Assembly: GCA_965209055.1 (NCBI GenBank)
Contig: OZ242374.1
Location: forward strand, 96,001 to 160,000
Reading direction: 5' to 3'
DNA: 64,000 nt
DNA from: Acidobacteriota bacterium
GTDB lineage: Bacteria > Acidobacteriota > UBA6911 > RPQK01 > JAJDTT01
Under the pieces are notes generated by a model that was not told where the DNA came from, did not search any database, and saw only the letters and a program-made list of their open reading frames with translations. This document shows positions 28,363 through 37,319 of the stretch, piece after piece (within the stretch, counting starts at the first letter, position 1; the number at the start of each line of letters is the position of its first letter). The translations under genes were made by a program, and so were the position numbers.

Positions 28363-30536
28363 TCGAACGACTGAACCGCTTGCTCGGTAGTCTGCTGCAG
28401 AGTCGCTTTCGGATCTCGACGCAGCTCTACGTCACCATCGGAGGCGCCGTCGCCCTGACGATCGCCGCGAGTCTCGTGGGCTGGTTTTCCTTTGACCGCG
28501 TGGGCGATCTGCAGCGGCGGGTCAATGAACTTCGGTTCCCGGAATTGGAGGCCGCGTTCGGTGTGGCGCAGTACAGCGCCGCCCTGGTCGCGGCTGCGCC
28601 TCGGCTGACCACCGCCGAAACGACCGACGACTTCGCCCAGGTTGCGGCAAGCATCAACGAGTCGAAAACGGCGCTCGAGGAGCAGTTGGCCGTTTTGGAG
28701 CGCCAGGATGCGGCCGACGAACGTTTCCGGCGCATTCGCGCTCACGCCGATACCTTGAGATCGAACATCGAGGCCATCGAAACCGACATGTCGGCGATTT
28801 ACGAATTGGCCGAGCGGAGTTCGGCTCTGCGCACCGAACTCGCGGATCTGCAAGGACGCCTGCAGCGGGTCATCTTCCCGACCGTGGATGACCAATTCTT
28901 TTACACCATCACGGGACACCGAACCTTGGGGGAGCCTCCGGCTCCTCGTTGGAAACATTTCTCGGAAGATCAGTTCGATCGCTTTCGTCACTTGACCGAT
29001 CTGCTGGCGGACGCCAATACCGCCACGCAACTTCTGGACAGTGCTTTCACGGTTTCGGACGCCTTCCTGATCGAGCCTTTGCGAGACAAGTTCGAGGCGT
29101 CTCGCAATCGCATCGAAAGGAGCCTGTCGTCGCTGGGAGAGTCCGAATTGCTTGGGCAGATCTCCGCCGACTTCCAACTTCTTTTCGAGTTGGGCGCCGG
29201 AGAGGAGGGCTGCCTCAATCTGCTGGTCCGCCAATTGAGACTGACCGCGCGGCAGAGAGACCTCTTGGCGGAGAACCGCGGAATCGCCATTGACCTGGTG
29301 GCGGCCGTCGACGAGTTGGTGAAAGCGTCTCAGGCGAGAGCGGCAGCCGACACTCAAGAATCCACACAAGCCATTCTGGCGGGCCGAGTCCTCCTCGTCG
29401 CCATCAACGGGCTCAGCATCGTCGGCGCCGTGCTCATCGCCTGGCTGATCGTGGGACGGATACTGCTGCGCCGCCTGGCGCTGTTGTCGCAGCGCATGCG
29501 GCGAATGGCCGGGGGAGAACTGGAGGGCAAGGTCGAGATCGAAGGAAGGGACGAGGTGGCCGACATGGCCGCCGCCCTGGAGGTGTTTCGGCGCCACGCG
29601 CTGGAGGTCCAGCGTCTGAACCTGGTGGAGAAGCTGGCAGAGGAATTGCGGGGTAAGAACGAACAGTTGGAGAGCGTCCTCGCCGACTTGCGGAAAGCTC
29701 AGGACCAGATCGTCATGCGTGAAAAGCTGGCGGCGCTCGGTGAGCTCACCGCGGGCGTTGCCCATGAGATCAAGAATCCTTTGAACTTCGTCAAGAACTT
29801 CGCGGAGGCGTCGCAGGAACTCCTGGAGGAACTCCAGGAAGTCCTGGAAGAAGAAGGCGAGAAACTGAGTAAGGACGACCGCGAGCTGGTCGCGGAGCTG
29901 ATTCAGGACATCACCGACAATCTACGCCGCATCCACCAGCACGGCGAACGGGCCAACCGGATCGTTCACGACATGCTTATGATGGGCCGTGGCTCGGGCG
30001 AATGGCAGGTGACGGACGTCAACAACCTGCTCGACGAGCACACCCGTCTTGCCTACCACAGCGCGAGGGCGACCGATCCCGATTTCCAGCTCCATATGGA
30101 GATGAGTCTGGACCCGGAGGCCGGTCAATTCGAAGTCGTTCCGCAGGACATGGGCCGGGTTTTTCTGAACATGGTGGGCAACGCCTGCTACGCCACCGAT
30201 CAGAAACGGCGCGCGGCGATCGAGGCGGGGAAAGGCTTTTTCGACTACATGCCGACTCTGTGGGTCGCCACCCGGCGTCTCGAAGACCGGATCGAGGTCC
30301 GAATCAAGGACAATGGGAACGGAATTCCGCCTGAGATCGTAGAAAAGATCTTCAATCCGTTCTTTACCACGAAACCCACCGACCAGGGAACGGGCCTGGG
30401 CCTTGCTCTCTCCAACGACATCGTGCGGGAGCATGGAGGATCCATTCGAGTGGAAACCGAACCCGGCGAGTTCACCGAAATGATTGTCGAAGTCCCCGTG
30501 ATGCGCCCCGTTGCCATGGAAGGGGCTTCGGGGTAG
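28359..30536 (+). CDS. Membrane sensor histidine kinase (large helical TorS-like periplasmic domain, HAMP, HisKA, HATPase)
   Basis: Two TMs; GRDEVADMA HAMP; AGVAHEIKNPLNF H-box; N box NMVGNA; DNGNGI, FNPFFTTK, GTGLGL. Confidence 0.93.
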   Translation: MIERLNRLLGSLLQSRFRISTQLYVTIGGAVALTIAASLVGWFSFDRVGDLQRRVNELRFPELEAAFGVAQYSAALVAAAPRLTTAETTDDFAQVAASINESKTALEEQLAVLERQDAADERFRRIRAHADTLRSNIEAIETDMSAIYELAERSSALRTELADLQGRLQRVIFPTVDDQFFYTITGHRTLGEPPAPRWKHFSEDQFDRFRHLTDLLADANTATQLLDSAFTVSDAFLIEPLRDKFEASRNRIERSLSSLGESELLGQISADFQLLFELGAGEEGCLNLLVRQLRLTARQRDLLAENRGIAIDLVAAVDELVKASQARAAADTQESTQAILAGRVLLVAINGLSIVGAVLIAWLIVGRILLRRLALLSQRMRRMAGGELEGKVEIEGRDEVADMAAALEVFRRHALEVQRLNLVEKLAEELRGKNEQLESVLADLRKAQDQIVMREKLAALGELTAGVAHEIKNPLNFVKNFAEASQELLEELQEVLEEEGEKLSKDDRELVAELIQDITDNLRRIHQHGERANRIVHDMLMMGRGSGEWQVTDVNNLLDEHTRLAYHSARATDPDFQLHMEMSLDPEAGQFEVVPQDMGRVFLNMVGNACYATDQKRRAAIEAGKGFFDYMPTLWVATRRLEDRIEVRIKDNGNGIPPEIVEKIFNPFFTTKPTDQGTGLGLALSNDIVREHGGSIRVETEPGEFTEMIVEVPVMRPVAMEGASG

Positions 30537-30647
30537 CAACTGTAGGATCCCGTCCCGAATTCTTACCGGCCGGTTCCCCGAGCGAGTGTGGTTTCGAGGA
30601 ACGAGATGTTCTAATATCGGGCGGAATTCCGCACTGCGAGTCAACGT

Positions 30648-32081
30648 ATGGATTTTCACTCCTACGATCTCGATGCCCGTTACTACGACGAGATGTTCCA
30701 GGGGGACGGCACTCCTCGCGAACATTTCCAGTCGCTGCATGAAACCCTGAGCCGTCTGTCGGTCGAGGACGTCGGCAGCATTCAGGAACGGGTCACGCGT
30801 TCGTTCTCCAACGAAGGGATCACCTTTACCGTCTACGGCGACGAGGAAGCCGAGGAGCGCATCATTCCCATCGACTGCGTTCCCCGAATCCTGTCCGCCG
30901 AGGAATGGCGCTGGCTCGTCACCGGCCTGAAGCAGCGCCTCCGGGCGCTGAACCTGTTTCTGGGCGACATCTACAACGAGGCAAGCATCATCGCGGATGG
31001 CGTGATCCCGGTGGACGTGGTGAAGGGCTGTCCCCAGTACCGCAATGAAATGCGGGGAGTTTCGGTGCCCCATGGCGTCTGGGTGGGCGTTTGCGGCACC
31101 GACCTGGTGCGTACCAACGACGGTTTCTACGTGTTGGAGGACAACCTGAGGGTCCCCTCGGGAGTTTCCTACATGATCGCCAACCGAAAGGCGGTGAAAG
31201 CCAATTTCCGCCTCCTTTATCGAAACTCCCGGGTCAGAGAAGTCGAGCACTATGGAAGGGTCCTGCTCCAGACCCTGCGGGAGCTGGCGCCCAGGGACCG
31301 GTCCGGACCCTGCATCGTGTTGCTGACACCCGGTGTCTACAATTCCGCCTTCTACGAGCACATATTTCTGGCCAACGAGATCGGCGCGGAGCTGGTGGAA
31401 GGCCGGGACCTGTTGGTCAATGACGGTTTCGTCTACATGCGCACGACGGTGGGCCTGAAGCGCGTCGACGTGATCTACCGGCGCGTGGACGACGATTTTC
31501 TCGATCCCCTGGTCTTTCGTCCCGACTCGCTGCTCGGCGTCCCCGGATTGATTCATGCCTTCAAGCAGGGCAACGTGGCCCTGGTGAACGCTCCCGGCAC
31601 CGGCGTCGCCGATGACAAGAGCGTCTACGCATTCGTCCCGGATATGATCCGGTACTACTTGGGAGAAGAGCCGCTGCTGAAGAACGTGAAGACTTGGCTA
31701 TGCCGTCGACCCGAGGAGCTGGAATATACCCTCGACAACCTGGAGGACCTCGTCGTGAAGCGGGTGGGAGAGTCCGGAGGATACGGCATGTTGGTGGGAC
31801 CGCACTCGACTGCGGAAGAACGCGACGCCTACGCCAAGCAGGTGCGGGCCAACCCGGCCGATTTCATATCTCAGCCTGTCCTTTCGCTCTCGCGTGCGCC
31901 TTGTGTGATCGACGGACGGACAGAGCCGCGCCACGTCGATCTTCGCCCGTTTGTTCTCAATGGCCGCCGGATCCGCATCGTCCCCGGAGCGTTCTGCCGC
32001 GTGGCGTTGCGCCGGGGCAGCCTGGTGGTGAACTCGAGTCAGGGTGGAGGCGGCAAGGACCTGTGGGTATTGGAAGATTGA
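30648..32081 (+). CDS. Circularly permuted type 2 ATP-grasp protein
   Basis: YDEMF, GITFTVY, VLEDNLRVPSGVSY, SAFYEH, VIYRRVDD, NAPGTGVADDK, RHVDLRPF, VVNSSQGGGGKDLWVL. Confidence 0.93.
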   Translation: MDFHSYDLDARYYDEMFQGDGTPREHFQSLHETLSRLSVEDVGSIQERVTRSFSNEGITFTVYGDEEAEERIIPIDCVPRILSAEEWRWLVTGLKQRLRALNLFLGDIYNEASIIADGVIPVDVVKGCPQYRNEMRGVSVPHGVWVGVCGTDLVRTNDGFYVLEDNLRVPSGVSYMIANRKAVKANFRLLYRNSRVREVEHYGRVLLQTLRELAPRDRSGPCIVLLTPGVYNSAFYEHIFLANEIGAELVEGRDLLVNDGFVYMRTTVGLKRVDVIYRRVDDDFLDPLVFRPDSLLGVPGLIHAFKQGNVALVNAPGTGVADDKSVYAFVPDMIRYYLGEEPLLKNVKTWLCRRPEELEYTLDNLEDLVVKRVGESGGYGMLVGPHSTAEERDAYAKQVRANPADFISQPVLSLSRAPCVIDGRTEPRHVDLRPFVLNGRRIRIVPGAFCRVALRRGSLVVNSSQGGGGKDLWVLED

Positions 32082-32161
32082 GTTGATGGGGGCGCGAGTT
32101 CCACGCGGCGCCCGGCGACGGATCCTGGTGGAGTGACTCGACTGCATTTGGGGAGGGAGCA

Positions 32162-33553
32162 ATGAGAGAGAGAACGAAGATGCCGTTGCACAAGCGGCTG
32201 GTGCGGGGAGCGGTGGGGAAATTGCTGTTGGTGGCGATCTGCCTGTTGTGCGGGACGACGGCGGCGCAGGCGGCGGTGGACGACGAGGTGCTGTACGTGT
32301 TCAACACCTTCTCGTTCATGATCTGGGGCGCCATGGTGATGTGGATGTGCGCCGGATTCACGATGCTGGAGTCCGGATCGGTGCGGACCAAGAACGCCTC
32401 CATGATCTGCATGAAGAACATCGGTCTGTACTCGATTGCGGGGTTGGCCTACTACGTGATCGGCTACAACCTGATGTACGCGGACGTGGGGAGCGTGATC
32501 GGGTCGTTCAAGCTGCTGTACGGACCGTCGGCGCAGGATCTGGCGCTGGTGGCGGGCGAGGACGGAGCGGCGGCGGCGGTGACGGGGGCCGACAGCAAGT
32601 ACTCGACCATGTCGGACTGGTTTTTCCAGATGGTGTTCGTGGCGACGGCGGCGTCGATCGTCTCGGGGGCGCTGGCCGAGCGGGTGAAGATGTGGTCGTT
32701 TTTCGTGTTCGTGGCGGTGCTGACGGCGGTGATCTACCCGGTGGTGGGCGCCTGGACGTGGGGCGGCGGCTGGCTGGGTGAGATGGGCTTCCAGGACTTC
32801 GCGGGATCGACGATCGTGCACGGCACGGGGGGCTGGGCGGCCTTGGCGGGGATCCTGATCGTGGGGCCGCGTCTGGGCAAGTTCCGCAAGGACGGGACGG
32901 CGAAGCCGACGCCGCCGTCGAACGTGATCGTGGTGACGCTGGGGGTGTTCATCCTGTGGTTCGGGTGGTTCGGATTCAACGGCGGGTCGCAGTTGGCGCT
33001 GGGGAGCGCGGCGGACGCGCTGGCGATGAGCCACGTGTTGGTGAACACGAACCTGGCGGCGGCGGCCGGAGTAGTGACGGCGCTGATCGTGTCGCGGCCG
33101 ATCCTGGGGCGCAACGACCTGTTCGCGACGTTGAACGGTGCGATCGCGGGACTGGTGGCGATCACGGCGGGACCGGACATCGTCTCGCACCACTGGTCGA
33201 TCGTCATCGGGGCGATCGGAGCGATCCTGTGCACGGCGGGGATCAAGTTCCTGGAGCGGGCGAAGATCGACGACGTGGTGGGCGCGGTGCCGGCGCACCT
33301 GTTTGCGGGGATCTGGGGCACGATCGCGGTCTGTATCGCGGCGGGCGGCAACCTCGGGGTGCAGTTGTTGGGCATCGTGGCGGTGGGAGCGTTCGTGTTC
33401 ACGACGTCCCTGATCCTGTGGAAGGTGCTGGCGATGACGATGAGCGTTCGGGTGTCGGAGCAAGTGGAACGGCTGGGACAGGACGTGGGCGAGTTGGGCA
33501 TGGAAGCCTATCCCGAGTTCGTGCTCATGCCGGAAGAACTGGACGAGGAATAA
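32162..33553 (+). CDS. amtB: Ammonium transporter (Amt family)
   Basis: AGFTMLESGSVRTKN, FQMVF, SGALAER, DFAGSTIVH, GWFGFNGGS, NGAIAGLVAIT, IDDVVGAVPAH (twin His present). Confidence 0.95.
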   Translation: MRERTKMPLHKRLVRGAVGKLLLVAICLLCGTTAAQAAVDDEVLYVFNTFSFMIWGAMVMWMCAGFTMLESGSVRTKNASMICMKNIGLYSIAGLAYYVIGYNLMYADVGSVIGSFKLLYGPSAQDLALVAGEDGAAAAVTGADSKYSTMSDWFFQMVFVATAASIVSGALAERVKMWSFFVFVAVLTAVIYPVVGAWTWGGGWLGEMGFQDFAGSTIVHGTGGWAALAGILIVGPRLGKFRKDGTAKPTPPSNVIVVTLGVFILWFGWFGFNGGSQLALGSAADALAMSHVLVNTNLAAAAGVVTALIVSRPILGRNDLFATLNGAIAGLVAITAGPDIVSHHWSIVIGAIGAILCTAGIKFLERAKIDDVVGAVPAHLFAGIWGTIAVCIAAGGNLGVQLLGIVAVGAFVFTTSLILWKVLAMTMSVRVSEQVERLGQDVGELGMEAYPEFVLMPEELDEE

Positions 33554-33583
33554 CGGCCGGTTCTCATCGACTGGGGGTCCAAG

Positions 33584-34573
33584 TTGCTTTCACGTAGCGC
33601 CCAAGGCCTGTATTGGATGGGCCGTTACCTCGAGAGGGCGGAGCATCTCTGCCGCCTGATGCGTTTGCAGGTCGAGGCGTTGGTGGATCGCCCGATTCGG
33701 GAGATCCACTTTGGCTGGAGCCGCATTTACATCAGTCTGAACCGGAATCCGCCGGGGGGCAGCCTGGAGCTTCTGTGGGGCGACGAAGAAGACCCGCTGG
33801 TCGACTCGTATACGCTGGCTGATTCCTACACCTTGGCCGACGATCTCACCTTTGAGAGGTCGAATTCCGATTCGATATACAGCTGCTTCTCCTTGGGCCG
33901 AGAGAACGCCCGCCAGATGCGCAACCGGATCAGCGGCGAAATGTGGAGTTGCCTGAACCTGTCCTATTTGAGGCTCCAGGAGATGACCATCCAGAAAATC
34001 TGGGAGGTCTCCCCGGAGGATTTCTACGTCGCCACGGCGCATGACATCGACACCTTCGTCGGTGTCGCCGAAGTGACCATGTATCGGGACGAAGGCTGGC
34101 GTTTCTGGCGGTTGGGGCGAGCCATCGAGCGGGTCCAATCCTCGGCCTCATTGTTTCTGGCTCAAATTGAAGCCGGACGGCGGATCGACGAGTCCTTGGG
34201 CGAGGACTGGACCAGCCTCCTGCGTTTCTGCCAGGCGTTCGATGCCTACAATCGAAAACACAGCGTCGACGTCAAACCGGATCGGGTCCTGGACTTGCTT
34301 GTGACCGATCCGCAACTGCCCGGCTCCCTCTTTCGGTCCCTTGATGCGGCGGTCGCGGAGCTGGACGCCATCGGCCCCGGCCCCAGCGCTCACTCGGGGG
34401 CGCCGGCCCGGCGTTTGGCCGGGCGCTTGCGAGCTCTGATCCACTATGCCTGGCCGGACCGGGAGGACCACGAGAGTCTCCTCCAGTGGATCGGGGAGCA
34501 CTGCCGGAAACTCCATGGTTTGGTCATGGCCGCCTATGTCGACTACCCCATCGAGGACTCCCCTCTGCGCTGA
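33584..34573 (+). CDS. Alpha-E domain protein (DUF403)
   Basis: MLSR..LYWMGRYLERAE, RENARQMRNRISGEMW, LGRAIER. Confidence 0.9.
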   Translation: MLSRSAQGLYWMGRYLERAEHLCRLMRLQVEALVDRPIREIHFGWSRIYISLNRNPPGGSLELLWGDEEDPLVDSYTLADSYTLADDLTFERSNSDSIYSCFSLGRENARQMRNRISGEMWSCLNLSYLRLQEMTIQKIWEVSPEDFYVATAHDIDTFVGVAEVTMYRDEGWRFWRLGRAIERVQSSASLFLAQIEAGRRIDESLGEDWTSLLRFCQAFDAYNRKHSVDVKPDRVLDLLVTDPQLPGSLFRSLDAAVAELDAIGPGPSAHSGAPARRLAGRLRALIHYAWPDREDHESLLQWIGEHCRKLHGLVMAAYVDYPIEDSPLR

Positions 34574-34577
34574 TCCC

Positions 34578-35450
34578 ATGACCGGGACGGTCCGATATGA
34601 GATCGAGCACGTTTCCCGGTACCGGTACGCATTCCCGGCCCGGGAGTGCGTCATGTTGCTCTGTCTGAAGCCGCGCGGCGACGGCGGCCAGCGACTCCGG
34701 GATTTCAGGATCGAAACCAGTCCAGCGGCTTCCCTGACCAGTGAAACGGACTGCTTCGGAAACGTCCGTCACGTTCTCTATATGCACCGCGAGCACGATG
34801 GCCTGGAAATTTCCGCACGGTCGACGGTCGAACCGGCGGTTCCGGATCCTCTTCCCGGGAGTCTCGGCACCCAGGCCTGGCGGGAGATCCTCTCCTGGAG
34901 CGAATCTGTGGACTATTGGGACTTCACTCGCCCCAGCGCTCTGGCGCGGCCGTCAACGCTGCTGGACGAGTTCGTGTCCAGGAAAGGTATCGAGCGCGGG
35001 GACGATCCTCTCGAGGGGCTGCTTCGCCTCTCCCGCCGGCTTCACCGCAGCTTCAGCTACGTGCCGGGCAGTACGTCGGCGGCATCTCCCATCGACGACA
35101 TCCTTCAATCGGGCCGGGGGGTCTGCCAGGACTACGCGCATGTCATGATCGCCGTCGCCCGGTCCTGGGGCATTCCCTCGCGGTACGTCTCCGGGTACCT
35201 GAGCGAAACCGGCCAGCCCGGCGAGCAGGCTGTCGGAAATGCCACCCATGCCTGGGTCGAATGCCGGCTGCCGGAACTGGGTTGGATCGGCTTCGACCCC
35301 ACCAACGTGAGTCTGGTCGACCAGCGGCACGTGCGAATCGCCGTGGGCCGCGACTATAAGGACGTCTCGCCGACCCAAGGTGTCCGCCAGGGAGGCGGAG
35401 AGACCAATCTCGAGGTGGATGTACAGGTCATCCAGAAAGATGCGCTCTAA
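34578..35450 (+). CDS. Transglutaminase-like protein (bacterial N-terminal domain plus Cys-His-Asp core)
   Basis: YEIEHVSRYRY, DCFGN, GVCQDYAH, RYVSGYL, HAWVE, FDPTN, GRDYKDVSP. Confidence 0.92.
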   Translation: MTGTVRYEIEHVSRYRYAFPARECVMLLCLKPRGDGGQRLRDFRIETSPAASLTSETDCFGNVRHVLYMHREHDGLEISARSTVEPAVPDPLPGSLGTQAWREILSWSESVDYWDFTRPSALARPSTLLDEFVSRKGIERGDDPLEGLLRLSRRLHRSFSYVPGSTSAASPIDDILQSGRGVCQDYAHVMIAVARSWGIPSRYVSGYLSETGQPGEQAVGNATHAWVECRLPELGWIGFDPTNVSLVDQRHVRIAVGRDYKDVSPTQGVRQGGGETNLEVDVQVIQKDAL

Positions 35451-37167
35451 GGTCGACCCCATCACTCGTGAAATCGTTCAGAATGCGCTCTCCTCGGGTG
35501 CGGACGAGATGGCGCTGGCCCTCTACCGCACCGCTTACTCCACCATCGTAAGGGACTGCCTGGATTACTCCACCTCCCTGTGCAACGAGCGCGGGGAGAT
35601 GATCGCCCAGGGCGTCACCATACCGCTGCACCTGGGTTCGGTGCCGCACGCCATGGAGACCCTGCTGGAGAAGTACGGCCGGAAGATGGAGCCGGGGGAT
35701 GTTTTCATCATGAACGATCCCTTCGGCGGGGGAATGCACATTCCCGACATCTACGTGGTGAAACCGGTTTTCTGGGAAGGTGAAATCGTCTGTTTCGCCG
35801 TGACGACAGCCCACCATCTGGACCTGGGGGGGAGACTGCCGGGGAGCTCGGCCTGCGACAACACGGAGATATTCCAGGAGGGGCTGCGCATCCCATGGCT
35901 CAAGCTCCATCACCGGGGGGATCCGGACGAAGCGATCTTCGCCCTGCTGCGCACCAACGTCCGGGTGCCTGAGAAAACCGTGGGGGACATCCGGGCGCAG
36001 GTCGCCGCCTGCAATATCGGGGAGCAGGCGGTGGAGCGGCTCATCGCTCGCTATGGCGCCGAGACTCTTTCGGCCTGTGGCGACGATCTCATCGACTACA
36101 CGGAAAAACTCATGCGCGCCGAGATCGCGTCGTGGCCCGACGGAACCAGCACCTTCGTGGACTACATGGACAGCGACGGAGTCGGCGGGCCCCGGGTCCG
36201 TTTCCAGGTCACCGCCACCATAGAGGACGACACCTTCACCGCTGATTTCAGAGGAACCGATCCTCAGGTCCGGGGAGCGCTCAATTCGACTCGCTCCTTC
36301 ACCTGCGGGGCAGTGGCCGTGTGCGTGCGCTGCGCCATGAGCGGGGATGTGCCCAACACGGCGGGGATGTTCCGTCCTCTGAATGTCATCACCGAACCTG
36401 GAACCGTTGCGGACGTCGTAATGCCGGGAGCCTCTTCAATGCGGGGCGTCACCGGATTTCGCATGGTCGACACCATCTTCGGAGCCATGGCCGGTCTGCT
36501 TCCCGATCGTATCCCGGCCGCCGGAGAGGGTGGAAACACCCTGGTCGTTTTCGGTGGCCGGCACCAGGACCGGTCTGCCTATATCTACTACGAGTCGCTC
36601 ACCGGCACCTGGGGAGGCCGGCCGGGGATGGATGGCAACGATGGTCTCTGCAATCCCATCGTCGTGGCCAGCAACATCCCGGTGGAGCAGGCGGAAGCCG
36701 AATACCCGGTGCGGATTCGTCGGTACGGCTTGGTGGGCGATACCGGAGGACCGGGAAAGTACAGGGGAGGGTTGGCCGTGGAACGGGAATGGGAACTGCT
36801 GGAGGGCGAAACCCATCTCGCCATACGCTCCGACCGCCGCGATCATTTGCCCTACGGCTTGGTTTCCGGGAAACCGGGAAAAGGTTCGATAAACGTCCTG
36901 CACAGAAAGGACGGCAGCCGAGAGGTGCTGCCCGTCATGATCTCGACGACGATGAGAGCGGGTGAAGTTCTTTATCATCGGCAACCTGGGGGCGGCGGGT
37001 GGGGAGACCCGTTGGAGCGGTCTCCCCAGTCCGTAAGGCGGGACGTGAAGAACCAGAAGGTTTCGCTCCGGTCGGCCCGGGAAGACTACGCCGTCAGCTT
37101 GGATTCGGAGGATTGCCGGATCGGCGAGAGGGCTCCGGGTCGAAAATCGCAGCGCCGAATGGAGTGA
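35440..37167 (+). CDS. Hydantoinase B / 5-oxoprolinase subunit B family protein
   Basis: DPITREI, RTAYSTIVRDCLDYS, NDPFGGGMHIPD, HHLDLGG, IFQEGL, GGPGKYRGG, GGGGWGDPLER; overlaps the transglutaminase stop. Confidence 0.9.
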   Translation: MRSKVDPITREIVQNALSSGADEMALALYRTAYSTIVRDCLDYSTSLCNERGEMIAQGVTIPLHLGSVPHAMETLLEKYGRKMEPGDVFIMNDPFGGGMHIPDIYVVKPVFWEGEIVCFAVTTAHHLDLGGRLPGSSACDNTEIFQEGLRIPWLKLHHRGDPDEAIFALLRTNVRVPEKTVGDIRAQVAACNIGEQAVERLIARYGAETLSACGDDLIDYTEKLMRAEIASWPDGTSTFVDYMDSDGVGGPRVRFQVTATIEDDTFTADFRGTDPQVRGALNSTRSFTCGAVAVCVRCAMSGDVPNTAGMFRPLNVITEPGTVADVVMPGASSMRGVTGFRMVDTIFGAMAGLLPDRIPAAGEGGNTLVVFGGRHQDRSAYIYYESLTGTWGGRPGMDGNDGLCNPIVVASNIPVEQAEAEYPVRIRRYGLVGDTGGPGKYRGGLAVEREWELLEGETHLAIRSDRRDHLPYGLVSGKPGKGSINVLHRKDGSREVLPVMISTTMRAGEVLYHRQPGGGGWGDPLERSPQSVRRDVKNQKVSLRSAREDYAVSLDSEDCRIGERAPGRKSQRRME

Positions 37168-37319
37168 AACAGGAGAAGTCGATCCGGTGGGTGGAGGGAC
37201 TTGTCCAACCGGGTGAATGTCGCTGAAGGGGGAGGAATAGAAGGACCGGTTCCGGTATTGTTACACGGCGGTCCTAAACCGGGCGCAGGTCCGGTAGTTT
37301 TTCACTGCGCGGGTGCCAA

